A stretch of DNA of 64,000 nucleotides, from NCBI RefSeq assembly GCF_023055435.1, contig NW_025963924.1, positions 5,270,001 to 5,334,000 of the forward strand, written 5' to 3'. Each line of letters begins with the position of its first letter. Position 1 is the first letter of the stretch. The stretch is from Haliotis rufescens. Taxonomy: Eukaryota. The notes beneath the pieces were generated by a model that was given only the letters and a program-made list of their open reading frames with translations, was not told the DNA's origin and ran no database searches. Of the stretch, positions 9,170-24,049 are shown piece by piece. The position numbers and the translations under genes were made by a program.

Positions 9170-10235
9170 CTTTTAATATGTCCCGCCTCTCTCACAGAAA
9201 GGATATTTGGGTATTCACATATAGTTTACCTAATTACTTAGACGCTGTTGCTGTTATTTTGATATCTTTTTCAATTCTGTAAAGAGTTCCGAGAGTATTA
9301 CCAAGCGTTGCACAAATGTATGCAGGATCGGCTACATTCGGAAACAATCAACATTTGCGGCTTTTAGTATCTCCCGTGTCCCTCCTTACAGAATGGATGT
9401 TTGGTTTTCAGCTTAATTTTTTCACATACTGCAAGGTATAGCGCATTTATTGATATATGACGGGATATCACTGAAAATATCTTACATGACTTATAAAATC
9501 GCGGAACATTAAATGTCATACTTCAGCCATGAAATTGGACTAAAAGTCGGCAACTGTAAAGAATTGCGGCTTTTAGTATATCCCGCGTCCCTCCTCAGAG
9601 AATGGATGTTTAGTTTTCATCTTAATTTTTCCACATCCTACAAGATGTAGTGTTTTTAATGATATATGACCGGATATCGCTGACAAGCCCTACAGGACTT
9701 ACAGATCGCGGAACACCAAGGGTCAAAAACTTCCACCATAAAATTTAACACGCAAAATCGGCAACCATCTTGCAAGAATTGCGACTTTTAGTATCTCCCG
9801 CCCCCCTCCTCGCAGACGGGATATCTATCTATGGTTGTAATTTTGTCATATACTTGAGGATATAATCTTTTTAATGATATATAGCACGACATCATCGACA
9901 AAATCGTACATCAGTTAAAAATAGCTGAACATATAGGTTTCAGACACTTGAAAATTGACTGATATAGTCGGCAACCATAAAGAATTGAGACTTTTAGTAT
10001 CTCCCGACCCCTTCTCGCAGACGGGATATCTACCCATGATTGTAATTTTGTCATATATTTGAGGACATAATCCTTTTAATGGTACATGTGTATATAACAC
10101 AATGTCATCGACAATATCGTACAGTACTAACAAATACGTGAACTTGGGGGGGGGGGGGGGGGGTCCAGATACTTGCACACATGAAATTTGACTGAAAAAA
10201 TGGGCAACCATCAAGAATGCTACTCTGAGTATCTC
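9170..10235. repeat. About five diverged ~190-230-bp tandem sub-repeats with an embedded poly-G tract, in every unit
   Basis: Anchor cttttagtatctccc (or variants) at 9170, 9361, 9570, 9785, 9991 and degenerate at ~10223; each preceded by a ggcaac...aagaatt-like motif; partial set at 3960-4500. Confidence 0.85.
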
Positions 10236-10652
10236 ATGCAGTATCTCAGGGGTAGTGGGATAGCTTAGTGGTTAAAGCCTTCGCTCGTCACGCTGAAGAC
10301 CCGGGTTCGATTCTCGACAGGAGTACAATGTGTGAAGCCAATTCCTGGTGTCCCCCGCCGTGATATTGCTGGAATATTGCTAAAAGCGGTGTAAAACCCT
10401 ACTCACTCATGCACGCCACCCAGCTCGCAGTCGGGATATTGATCTATCTTCGTTAATTCCCCACATTCTACCAGACGATAAAATTTACGCTAGTCGAGCT
10501 CAGCCTGCAATGACGGACTTTACCGAGATGTGACGGAATCGCCTCTGTGACGTCATAATGGCAACGCCGCCATTGCTTGCGTAGCAACCAGATTTACACT
10601 TGCTCAAGTCTGATAGCTCTGCCAAAATTGTCTTTTTCCTTTTTTTACAAGC

Positions 10653-12597
10653 ATGAATGAGATTCACCTTCCAGATTTCCATCATCTTCAGAACGAGGGG
10701 GAACTGTAAGTAGATTTTTTTAATTCTTATATTGCACGTAGCGTGATGGAATCTCCAAATTAAATGTAACGGACGTTCTCGTTGCTAGGTCGCCATTTTG
10801 GACCCTGATTTCAAAGGGTATACCGAAGTGCATATGCCAATTTCAGCGATCCCTCAAACAAAATTGCCCCATGCCGTTCCCGTTTTCAGACAGTATTAAG
10901 TATATTGGAAATCGCCGACAATATCATAGTGTGGCACGAGGTCATATAATACATTTTCGCCCCAAAACATGCCAATCCTGAGGACCACAATTCGCGCTAC
11001 TTTAGGCTAAATTTCCCCTGTCTTTTGCCAGTTTACAAAGAGTTGTTACTGTCTGTTTACAGCATCAACCCTTCTCGTTTCTGGTTTGAACTAATCACTT
11101 CCCGGATCGACATCAATCATTCGTACGCCGAGAGGCTGCTCAGCTGGTGTGAAGATTGTAAAGGCAAGCTTGACACTGTCAGTCAAGACGGTAAGCATGC
11201 GATTACTTATTCAGATTAACCCTTTGACTTTAAAGTTCCTGTAATGTTGCTTTTAGCTATCATTTTGGTCTGTTATCGACTTTGTTGAATGTCTGCATCG
11301 CGTTTTGGCTAATACTTTTGCGTTTTTGGTTTTTAGCATGTTCCGAGAGTTATGAGATTCGTCATCTTCTGGACTGCTACCTGAAATCGTCCGAACAGGA
11401 GGCTAACCATATTCTCACCGTGTCTCGTGATCTTACCGGCCAGAACGGATCCATCCGATCTCTAAAAAAGTGAGAAAACTTATTGCATCTGTCGATGGTA
11501 CTCCTGTGTGACTTCTGACTGTCTCGTTTTGAGTGAATGATTTATAAAATGGACAGTAGGGTATTCATGTTGTTGGTGGTTATGTTTTCAGACTGACGTC
11601 TACTAACAGGAGAGGCGTGTCATCTGAGCACAAGGACCTGAGCCGGGAACTTCTGTCCCTGACTGAGAGACACATGGTGTGCCTCAAACATCTCCAGGAC
11701 GTGAAGGAGGTAAGTTGTTGTGGCGACTGCCTTCAGGATGAAGCGTTAATCATAATATGTTTTGTATTCTCAATGCCATATACATAATCGTATGTTCATC
11801 AAAGTAGAATACAACAAGTTGGATGTTTTCTCCTTGGCAGAACGGAATAATGGCCATGACTGCCTCTCACAATTATGAACGGAGAATAAGCGAGTTGAAG
11901 GCTGAGCTGGAGAAGGTGGGGGAGAAGTCTAAGAGATCCCGGCCCAGCATGGTAGAGAAGAAGGTTCGCACTCTGCACTCTAAGCTGTTTAAATACGACC
12001 AGAAGAAGAGGACCCACAGAATCCATTACGAGCAGCTATTGAAAGAGGAGAGTGAGCTTGTGAACAAGCTGAGAAAGGTGTGCATTTGAAAATAGGGGAG
12101 CTTACTTCTGTGTCTCCTGCCATTCCTACCCATTCTTGTGTTTGGTTCCTCTGTGTTAGAACTCTTTATCTTAATCTTGATTAACCTTCTTTCTCTATTT
12201 AAGTTAACTCTTCCCCTTACCGACACAAACAAACCCAAAACTACACAATGACATGCAAAACACAAATATCCGCTCTTGTTCATGTCTGTCTTTCGATATC
12301 TTGCCCTCATCTGTTTTCGTGCATGTTTCTGTCATTCTCCTGTTACTTTTTGTTTTTCCTTCTGTCATTTCTCTATCAATTCCCTGTTTTGTTTGTCCCC
12401 TCTCCCCGCCCACCCAGACCTCTGACCATGCATGTCAAGAAGCATGTGCCCTGCAGAAGAGTCAGTTGGAGTCCTTGGTCTCCAGTCTCAGAGACTTTGT
12501 TGTCAAGACGTGCTCGTCTGACAACGCTGACAGGTACAGCAGTAGCATTGGCTTAACTGTGTCACGGTGTATTGTTCTGAAGTTCTGATGCTCTCTC

Positions 12598-12634
<37 letters not shown>

Positions 12635-13744
12635 TATAAGAGAGCTACAATCGTTGCATCAGTGTGTTATACGCAGTTTTATCCTTTCTGATTATATTTT
12701 AAGTTAATCTTAAGGTCAGCTGTATTCCCTTTGCATAGCTTTGTTAGCTAGCCTCTGTTTTGTTTGAAAAATGATAGGATTTTCTGTTGCTGCAGGACCA
12801 ACTTCCTAAAGTCAGCTATAGACGACATAGCTGTCGATGACATTGTCAATGCCACCTGTGATGTGACCTCACGGAAATATATCTTCCCGGATGTTCAGGG
12901 TTGGCATCAGAAATTTGGCTTCTTGGAGAAAATTCCAACCTCGTTTATCCGAGCATCTGATGTGGTCATTAGACGAGATCTGAAGAAAGGCCTGACTGAG
13001 GAGAACTGCCTGGCACAAGAAGTCATGTCAGCCATGGGCCAGCCAGTTCACAGGCGCAGATGCTGGATCTCTAAGTCTAGGACCAAGAATGGTGACGACG
13101 GTGACATCAATAACAATGAGACTGTTGCTGGTAAATAGAGCCTTACGTTATATCCCTCTCTGTGATAATGCTTTGTGTTGCCCGAAACTGTGGCTTGTGC
13201 AAACAATGTGGTAGAGTTGAATTAATAGGATGTATTGGAAGATGTAGACCTTCATCAAATGCCCGTGTCTTTCTTCAGCTGCAGTGGAGGACGACATTAA
13301 ATACATGGAGGACGTTTATGTGCGAGTTGTCCGCCCCTTCAAGCCCACCCACCCTGAGCACCTCCAGCTGAATCTAGGTGAGTGTTCCCACCCAGCAGTG
13401 CCTGCAACACTCATGGGTCGGATGTAGGAGCGCCCATAGTTGCACATGGATGACCTTGCATGGATGCTGCATGTGTGAGGTTAAGCCTAAGTGGTCCTAC
13501 TCTTTGTGAGCAGAAGTAGAGCGAATGATTACTGGAAAAATGTGGATGATATTTGTATTTTTTTATACTTGTGTGGTTCTCTTGGGTTATGGTGTTACTT
13601 TTGTTTCTTGCAGGCATGCGCATCAAGCAAAAGTTCCCAATGGATGTGAGGGGCATGTCCTTTGGGTGGTGCCGGAGTGGGCTTGTCGGCCGTAACAAAC
13701 AGTATGGCTTCTACCCTGCTGACCACGTGATTCTGGAGACATAG
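10653..13744 (+). CDS. PACSIN-like F-BAR + SH3 gene, copy 2 (lineage B, apparently intact)
   Basis: Same nine exons and splice sites as copy 1; VRTLHSK/YEQLL/YIFP variants; 3-nt intronic deletion before exon 5. Confidence 0.83.
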
Positions 13745-16366
13745 ACTATTTGTTTCCTCTGCTTTAAACCATAATCCATCTTGACTGTATATATTGTAAA
13801 AATGTTTTCATGTAAATACATATTGATAACTGTGTACACATTTTGTCGGCTTCGTTATTTTGTTCCTTCCTTGGGTCTGACATAGACGAGGAGGCAACAT
13901 CAGAACTGTAGAGGCAGGCTGAGAATATCCATCTTGGATGATGAGTGGGCCTCAGAGCACAGTTACCTCCCACCCCACTGAGGTTTACCATGAACCGGAA
14001 GGAAATTAAGATAATATAGTGCCTTGTTTAAATGGGCTGATCAGTCCGTGCCAATGTTTTTAGTGTGACTTGGGATAGCTTAAATGTAAGATTAGACATT
14101 GTTGTTTGTCGCAAATCTTTCGTTAGCCACAGCCTTTGCAAGGGTATTGATTCCAGCTTCCCATGACTTGACCCCAAGTTGAAAACCACTATGTGTGTTT
14201 CGGCTCGAAATATCCGGTGAACATTGTTGACAGTTGTTACTGCCAAATTTGACTGGAGTAGCCAGGCCGATACGTTGCGTTATAAGTGACAAGTGACAGG
14301 TCGGTCAGCATGCAACAGGAGAACAGCCCACAACCGATATTAATTAGGGTGGGCTGTTATGTCATTGTAGATAGCAAAGAAGGAAAATAATTGTGGTCTG
14401 AGGCCAGTGTTCTACTTCATTTGATCTTGGGGGTCATAGGTGAAAACACAGGGAAGCGGTCGTAAAATGCACGTGGCCGTGGGGGTCGGGTGGACAGCAT
14501 TAGGCCGAGTCGAGCAGGTCGGGTGGGTTGATGTACCTTTTAAGTTGTTCCCCTCAACAGTGAAGGTGGGGAGGTGGGCTGTAGCGGGGGGTAGCTGGGT
14601 CCACTTGCGTCACCCCTGAGTGCAGGGAGGGACAGACGCAGTAGTTCAGAAGAGCAGTGATGGGGCACATCTTCCTCGATCAAGGGACTATTTCAGTAGC
14701 AGACGGTACGAGGCTCGCCGGCCACGTCGACCCTGGACATGCCTATAGAGATATTAAATCAGAACGTGTCGTCTTTACATTGGTTTCTGATTCAATAAGG
14801 ATGACGAATTATTGTAATAAAGAACAATCGAGAAAACATTACTGTGTCGAAATTGCAAATCCAAAACCATCTTGAAATGGGACTTTTAATATGTCCCGCC
14901 TCTCTCACAGAAAGGATATTTGGGTATTCACATATAGTTTACCTAATTACTTAGACGCTGTTGCTGTTATTTTGATATATTTTTCAATTCTGTAAAGAGT
15001 TCCGAGAGTATTACCAAGCGTTGCACAAATGTATGCAGGATCGGCTACATTCGGAAACAATCAACATTTGCGGCTTTTAGTATCTCCCGTGTCCCTCCTT
15101 ACAGAATGGATGTTTGGTTTTCAGCTTAATTTTTTCACATACTGCAAGGTATAGCGCATTTATTGATATATGACGGGATATCACTGAAAATATCTTACAT
15201 GACTTATAAAATCGCGGAACATTAAATGTCATACTTCAGCCATGAAATTGGACTAAAAGTCGGCAACTGTAAAGAATTGCGGCTTTTAGTATATCCCGCG
15301 TCCCTCCTCAGAGAATGGATGTTTAGTTTTCATCTTAATTTTTCCACATCCTACAAGATGTAGTGTTTTTAATGATATATGACCGGATATCGCTGACAAG
15401 CCCTACAGGACTTACAGATCGCGGAACACCAAGGGTCAAAAACTTCCACCATAAAATTTAACACGCAAAATCGGCAACCATCTTGCAAGATGCGACTTTT
15501 AGTATCTCCCGCCCCCCTCCTCGCAGACGGGATATCTATCTATGGTTGTAATTTTGTCATATACTTGAGGATATAATCTTTTTAATGATATATAGCACGA
15601 CATCATCGACAAAATCGTACATCAGTTAAAAATAGCTGAACATATAGGTTTCAGACACTTGAAAATTGACTGATATAGTCGGCAACCATAAAGAATTGAG
15701 ACTTTTAGTATCTCCCGACCCCTTCTCGCAGACGGGATATCTACCCATGATTGTAATTTTGTCATATATTTGAGGACATAATCCTTTTAATGGTACATGT
15801 GTATATAACACAATGTCATCGACAATATCGTACAGTACTAACAAATACGTGAACTTGGGGGGGGGGGGGGGGGGTGGTCCAGATACTTGCACACATGAAA
15901 TTTGACTGAAAAAATGGGCAACCATCAAGAATGCTACTCTGAGTATCTCATGCAGTATCTCAGGGGTAGTGGGATAGCCTAGTGGTTAAAGCCTTCGCTC
16001 GTCACGCTGAAGACCCGGGTTCGATTCTCGACAGGAGTACAATGTGTGAAGCCAATTCCTGGTGTCCCCCGCCGTGATATTGCTGGAATATTGCTAAAAG
16101 CGGTGTAAAACCCTACTCACTCATGCACGCCACCCAGCTCGCAGTCGGGATATTGATCTATCTTCGTTAATTCCCCACATTCTACCAGACGATAAAATTT
16201 ACGCTAGTCGAGCTCAGCCTGCAATGACGGACTTTACCGAGATGTGACGGAATCGCCTCTGTGACGTCATAATGGCAACGCCGCCATTGCTTGCGTAGCA
16301 ACCAGATTTACACTTGGTCAAGTCTGATAGCTCTGCCAAAATTGTCTTTTTCCTTTTTTTACAAGC

Positions 16367-18318
16367 ATGAATGAGATTCACCTTCCAGATTTCCATCATC
16401 TTCAGAACGAGGGGGAACTGTAAGTAGATTTTTTTAATTCTTATATTGCACGTAGCGTGATGGAATCTCCAAATTAAATGTAACGGACGTTCTCGTTGCT
16501 AGGTCGCCATTTTGGACCCTGATTTCAAAGGGTATACCGAAGTGCATATGCCAATTTCAGCGATCCCTCAAACAAAATTGCCCCATGCCGTTCCCGTTTT
16601 CAGACAGTATTAAGTATATTGGAAATCGCCGACAATATCATAGTGTGGCACGAGGTCATATAATACATTTTCGCCCCAAAACATGCCAATCCTGAGGACC
16701 ACAATTCGCGCTACTTTAGGCTAAATTTCCCCTGTCTTTTGCCAGTTTACAAAGAGTTGTTACTGTCTGTTTACAGCATCAACCCTTCTCGTTTCTGGTT
16801 TGAACTATTCACTTCCCGGATCGACATCAATCATTCGTACGCCGAGAGGCTGCTCAGCTGGTGTGAAGATTGTAAAGGCAAGCTTGACACTGTCAGTCAA
16901 GACGGTAAGCATGCGATTACTTATTCAGATTAACCCTTTGACTTTAAAGTTCCTGTAATGTTGCTTTTAGCTATCATTTTGGTCTGTTATCGACTTTGTT
17001 GAATGTCTGCATCGCGTTTTGGCTAATACTTTTGCGTTTTTGGTTTTTAGCATGTTCCGAGAGTTATGAGATTCGTCATCTTCTGGACTGCTACCTGAAA
17101 TCGTCCGAACAGGAGGCTAACCATATTCTCACCGTGTCTCGTGATCTTACCGGCCAGAACGGATCCATCCGATCTCTAAAAAAGTGAGAAAACTTATTGC
17201 ATCTGTCGATGGTACTCCTGTGTGACTTCTGACTGTCTCGTTTTGAGTGAATGATTTATAAAATGGACAGTAGGGTATTCATGTTGTTGGTGGTTATGTT
17301 TTCAGACTGACGTCTACTAACAGGAGAGGCGTGTCATCTGAGCACAAGGACCTGAGCCGGGAACTTCTGTCCCTGACTGAGAGACACATGGTGTGCCTCA
17401 AACATCTCCAGGACGTGAAGGAGGTAAGTTATTGTGGTGACTGCCTTCAGGATGAAGCGTTAATCATAATATGTTTTGTATTCTCAATGCCATACACATA
17501 ATCGTATGTTCATCAAAGTAGAATACAACAAGTTGGATGTTTTCTCCTTCTTGGCAGAACGGAATAATGGCCATGACTGCCTCTCACAATTATGAACGGA
17601 GAATAAGCGAGTTGAAGGCTGAGCTGGAGAAGGTGGGGGAGAAGTCTAAGAGATCCCGGCCCAGCATGGTAGAGAAGAAGGTTCGCACTCTGCACTCTAA
17701 GCTGTTTAAATACGACCAGAAGAAGAGGACCCACAGAATCCATTACGAGCAGCTATTGAAAGAGGAGAGTGAGCTTGTGAACAAGCTGAGAAAGGTGTGC
17801 ATTTGAAAATAGGGGAGCTTACTTCTGTGTCTCCTGCCATTCCTACCCATTCTTGTGTTTGGTTCCTCTGTGTTAGAACTCTTTATCTTAATCTTGATTA
17901 ACCTTCTTTCTCTATTTAAGTTAACTCTTCCCCTTACCGACACAAACAAACCCAAAACTACCCAATGACATGCAAAACACAAATATCCGCTCTTGTTCAT
18001 GTCTGTCTTTCGATATCTTGCCCTCATCTGTTTTCGTGCATGTTTCTGTCATTCTCCTGTTACTTTTTGTTTTTCCTTCTGTCATTTCTCTATCAATTCC
18101 CTGTTTTGTTTGTCCCCTCTCTCCGCCCACCCAGACCTCTGACCATGCATGTCAAGAAGCATGTGCCCTGCAGAAGAGTCAGTTGGAGTCCTTGGTCTCC
18201 AGTCTCAGAGACTTTGTTGTCAAGACGTGCTCGTCTGACAACGCTGACAGGTACAGCAGTAGCATTGGCTTAACTGTGTCACGGTGTATTGTTCTGAAGT
18301 TCTGATGCTCTCTCTCTC

Positions 18319-18365
<47 letters not shown>

Positions 18366-19475
18366 TATAAGAGAGCTACAATCGTTGCATCAGTGTGTTA
18401 TACGCAGTTTTATCCTTTCTGATTATATTTTAAGTTAATCTTAAGGTCAGCTGTATTCCCTTTGCATAGCTTTGTTAGCTATCCTCTGTTTTGTTTGAAA
18501 AATGATAGGATTTTCTGTTGCTGCAGGACCAACTTCCTAAAGTCAGCTATAGATGACATAGCTGTCGATGACATTGTCAATGCCACCTGTGATGTGACCT
18601 CACGGAAATATATCTTCCCGGATGTTCAGGGTTGGCATCAGAAATTTGGCTTCTTGGAGAAAATTCCAACCTCGTTTATCCGAGCATCTGATGTGGTCAT
18701 TAGACGAGATCTGAAGAAAGGCCTGACTGAGGAGAACTGCCTGGCACAAGAAGTCATGTCAGCCATGGGCCAGCCAGTTCACAGGCGCAGATGCTGGATC
18801 TCTAAGTCTAGGACCAAGAATGGTGACGACGGTGACATCAATAACAATGAGACTGTTGCTGGTAAATAGAGCCTTACGTTATATCCCTCTATGTGATAAT
18901 GCTTTGTGTTGCCCGAAACTGTGGCTTGTGCAAACAATGTGGTAGAGTTGAATTAATAGGATGTATTGGAAGATGTAGACCTTCATCAAATGCCCGTGTC
19001 TTTCTTCAGCTGCAGTGGAGGACGACATTAAATACATGGAGGACGTTTATGTGCGAGTTGTCCGCCCCTTCAAGCCCACCCACCCTGAGCACCTCCAGCT
19101 GAATCTAGGTGAGTGTTCCCACCCAGCAGTGCCTGCAACACTCATGGGTCGGATGTAGGAGCGCCCATAGTTGCACATGGATGACCTTGCATGGATGCTG
19201 CATGTGTGAGGTTAAGCCTAAGTGGTCCTACTCTTTGTGAGCAGAAGTAGAGCGAATGATTACTGGAAAAATGTGGATGATATTTGTATTTTTTTATACT
19301 TGTGTGGTTCTCTTGGGTTATGGTGTTACTTTTGTTTCTTGCAGGCATGCGCATCAAGCAAAAGTTCCCAATGGATGTGAGGGGCATGTCCTTTGGGTGG
19401 TGCCGGAGTGGGCTTGTCGGCCGTAACAAACAGTATGGCTTCTACCCTGCTGACCACGTGATTCTGGAGACATAG
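16367..19475 (+). CDS. PACSIN-like F-BAR + SH3 gene, copy 3 (lineage B, apparently intact)
   Basis: Same exon structure; private ELFTS variant in exon 2. Confidence 0.83.
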
Positions 19476-22054
19476 ACTATTTGTTTCCTCTGCTTTAAAC
19501 CATAATCCATCTTGACTGTATATATTGTAAAAATGTTTTCATGTAAATACATATTGATAACTGTGTACACATTTTGTCGGCTTCGTTATTTTGTTCCTTC
19601 CTTGGGTCTGACATAGACGAGGAGGCAACATCAGAACTGTAGAGGCAGGCTGAGAATATCCATCTTGGATGATGAGTGGGCCTCAGAGCACAGTTACCTC
19701 CCACCCCACTGAGGTTTACCATGAACCGGAAGGAAATTAAGATAATATAGTGCCTTGTTTAAATGGGCTGTTCAGTCCGTGCCAATGTTTTTAGTGTGAC
19801 TTGGGATAGCTTAAATGTAAGATTAGACATTGTTGTTTGTCGCAAATCTTTCGTTAGCCACAGCCTTTGCAAGGGTATTGATTCCAGCTTCCCATGACTT
19901 GACCCCAAGTTGAAAACCACTATGTGTGTTTCGGCTCGAAATATCCGGTGAACAGGCCGATACGTTGCGTTATAAGTGACAAGTGACAGGTCGGTCAGCA
20001 TGCAACAGGAGAACAGCCCACAACCGATATTAATTAGGGTGGGCTGTTATGTCATTGTAGATAGCAAAGAAGGAAAATAATTGTGGTCTGAGGCCAGTGT
20101 TCTACTTCATTTGATCTTGGGGGTCATAGGTGAAAACACAGGGAAGCGGTCGTAAAATGCACGTGGCCGTGGGGGTCGGGTGGACAGCATTAGGCCGAGT
20201 CGAGCAGGTCGGGTGGGTTGATGTACCTTTTAAGTTGTTCCCCTCAACAGTGAAGGTGGGGAGGTGGGCTGTAGCGGGGGGTAGCTGGGTCCACTTGCGT
20301 CACCCCTGAGTGCAGGGAGGGACAGACGCAGTAGTTCAGAAGAGCAGTGATGGGGCACATCTTCCTCGATCAAGGGACTATTTCAGTAGCAGACGGTACG
20401 AGGCTCGCCGGCCACGTCGACCCTGGACATGCCTATAGAGATATTAAATCAGAACGTGTCGTCTTTACATTGGTTTCTGATTCAATAAGGATGACGAATT
20501 ATTGTAATAAAGAACAATCGAGAAAACATTACTGTGTCGAAATTGCAAATCCAAAACCATCTTGAAATGGGACTTTTAATATGTCCCGCCTCTCTCACAG
20601 AAAGGATATTTGGGTATTCACATATAGTTTACCTAATTACTTAGACGCTGTTGCTGTTATTTTGATATATTTTTCAATTCTGTAAAGAGTTCCGAGAGTA
20701 TTACCAAGCGTTGCACAAATGTATGCAGGATCGGCTACATTCGGAAACAATCAACATTTGCGGCTTTTAGTATCTCCCGTGTCCCTCCTTACAGAATGGA
20801 TGTTTGGTTTTCAGCTTAATTTTTTCACATACTGCAAGGTATAGCGCATTTATTGATATATGACGGGATATCACTGAAAATATCTTACATGACTTATAAA
20901 ATCGCGGAACATTAAATGTCATACTTCAGCCATGAAATTGGACTAAAAGTCGGCAACTGTAAAGAATTGCGGCTTTTAGTATATCCCGCGTCCCTCCTCA
21001 GAGAATGGATGTTTAGTTTTCATCTTAATTTTTCCACATCCTACAAGATGTAGTGTTTTTAATGATATATGACCGGATATCGCTGACAAGCCCTACAGGA
21101 CTTACAGATCGCGGAACACCAAGGGTCAAAAACTTCCACCATAAAATTTAACACGCAAAATCGGCAACCATCTTGCAAGATGCGACTTTTAGTATCTCCC
21201 GCCCCCCTCCTCGCAGACGGGATATCTATCTATGGTTGTAATTTTGTCATATACTTGAGGATATAATCTTTTTAATGATATATAGCACGACATCATCGAC
21301 AAAATCGTACATCAGTTAAAAATAGCTGAACATATAGGTTTCAGACACTTGAAAATTGACTGATATAGTCGGCAACCATAAAGAATTGAGACTTTTAGTA
21401 TCTCCCGACCCCTTCTCGCAGACGGGATATCTACCCATGATTGTAATTTTGTCATATATTTGAGGACATAATCCTTTTAATGGTACATGTGTATATAACA
21501 CAATGTCATCGACAATATCGTACAGTACTAACAAATACGTGAACTTGGGGGGGGGGGGGGGGTGGTCCAGATACTTGCACACATGAAATTTGACTGAAAA
21601 AATGGGCAACCATCAAGAATGCTACTCTGAGTATCTCATGCAGTATCTCAGGGGTAGTGGGATAGCCTAGTGGTTAAAGCCTTCGCTCGTCACGCTGAAG
21701 ACCCGGGTTCGATTCTCGACAGGAGTACAATGTGTGAAGCCAATTCCTGGTGTCCCCCGCCGTGATATTGCTGGAATATTGCTAAAAGCGGTGTAAAACC
21801 CTACTCACTCATGCACGCCACCCAGCTCGCAGTCGGGATATTGATCTATCTTCGTTAATTCCCCACATTCTACCAGACGATAAAATTTACGCTAGTCGAG
21901 CTCAGCCTGCAATGACGGACTTTACCGAGATGTGACGGAATCGCCTCTGTGACGTCATAATGGCAACGCCGCCATTGCTTGCGTAGCAACCAGATTTACA
22001 CTTGGTCAAGTCTGATAGCTCTGCCAAAATTGTCTTTTTCCTTTTTTTACAAGC

Positions 22055-24002
22055 ATGAATGAGATTCACCTTCCAGATTTCCATCATCTTCAGAACGAGG
22101 GGGAACTGTAAGTAGATTTTTTTAATTCTTATATTGCACGTAGCGTGATGGAATCTCCAAATTAAATGTAACGGACGTTCTCGTTGCTAGGTCGCCATTT
22201 TGGACCCTGATTTCAAAGGGTATACCGAAGTGCATATGCCAATTTCAGCGATCCCTCAAACAAAATTGCCCCATGCCGTTCCCGTTTTCAGACAGTATTA
22301 AGTATATTGGAAATCGCCGACAATATCATAGTGTGGCACGAGGTCATATAATACATTTTCGCCCCAAAACATGCCAATCCTGAGGACCACAATTCGCGCT
22401 ACTTTAGGCTAAATTTCCCCTGTCTTTTGCCAGTTTACAAAGAGTTGTTACTGTCTGTTTACAGCATCAACCCTTCTCGTTTCTGGTTTGAACTAATCAC
22501 TTCCCGGATCGACATCAATCATTCGTACGCCGAGAGGCTGCTCAGCTGGTGTGAAGATTGTAAAGGCAAGCTTGACACTGTCAGTCAAGACGGTAAGCAT
22601 GCGATTACTTATTTAGATTAACCCTTTGACTTTAAAGTTCCTGTAATGTTGCTTTTAGCTATCATTTTGGTCTGTTATCGACTTTGTTGAATGTCTGCAT
22701 CGCGTTTTGGCTAATACTTTTGCGTTTTTGGTTTTTAGCATGTTCCGAGAGTTATGAGATTCGTCATCTTCTGGACTGCTACCTGAAATCGTCCGAACAG
22801 GAGGCTAACCATATTCTCACCGTGTCTCGTGATCTTACCGGCCAGAACGGATCCATCCGATCTCTAAAAAAGTGAGAAAACTTATTGCATCTGTCGATGG
22901 TACTCCTGTGTGACTTCTGACTGTCTCGTTTTGATTGAATGATTTATAAAATGGACAGTAGGGTATTCATGTTGTTGGTGGTTATGTTTTCAGACTGACG
23001 TCTACTAACAGGAGAGGCGTGTCATCTGAGCACAAGGACCTGAGCCGGGAACTTCTGTCCCTGACTGAGAGACACATGGTGTGCCTCAAACATCTCCAGG
23101 ACGTGAAGGAGGTAAGTTGTTGTGGCGACTGCCTTCAGGATGAAGCGTTAATCATAATATGTTTTGTATTCTCAATGCCATACACATAATCGTATGTTCA
23201 TCAAAGTAGAATACAACAAGTTGGATGTTTTCTCCTTCTTGGCAGAACGGAATAATGGCCATGACTGCCTCTCACAATTATGAACGGAGAATAAGCGAGT
23301 TGAAGGCTGAGCTGGAGAAGGTGGGGGAGAAGTCTAAGAGATCCCGGCCCAGCATGGTAGAGAAGAAGGTTCGCACTCTGCACTCTAAGCTGTTTAAATA
23401 CGACCAGAAGAAGAGGACCCACAGAATCCATTACGAGCAGCTATTGAAAGAGGAGAGTGAGCTTGTGAACAAGCTGAGAAAGGTGTGCATTTGAAAATAG
23501 GGGAGCTTACTTCTGTGTCTCCTGCCATTCCTACCCATTCTTGTGTTTGGTTCCTCTGTGTTAGAACTCTTTATCTTAATCTTGATTAACCTTCTTTCTC
23601 TATTTAAGTTAACTCTTCCCCTTACCGACACAAACAAACCCAAAACTACACAATGACATGCAAAACACAAATATCCGCTCTTGTTCATGTCTGTCTTTCG
23701 ATATCTTGCCCTCATCTGTTTTCGTGCATGTTTCTGTCATTCTCCTGTTACTTTTTGTTTTTCCTTCCGTCATTTCTCTATCAATTCCCTGTTTTGTTTG
23801 TCCCCTCTCTCCGCCCACCCAGACCTCTGACCATGCATGTCAAGAAGCATGTGCCCTGCAGAAGAGTCAGTTGGAGTCCTTGGTCTCCAGTCTCAGAGAC
23901 TTTGTTGTCAAGACGTGCTCGTCTGACAACGCTGACAGGTACAGCAGTAGCATTGGCTTAACTGTGTCACGGTGTATTGTTCTGAAGTTCTGATGCTCTC
24001 TC

Positions 24003-24049
<47 letters not shown>

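Noticed and set aside
9170-10235. CRISPR-like array suggested by the recurring cttttagtatctccc motif
   Set aside because: Intervening sequences are ~200 bp and homologous to each other, context is eukaryotic and there are no cas genes
8209-13921. Unit as an autonomous transposon, LTR element or endogenous virus
   Set aside because: No transposase, reverse transcriptase, Rep/helicase or capsid ORF; no TIR or TSD at the array ends; the cargo is an intron-containing cellular gene
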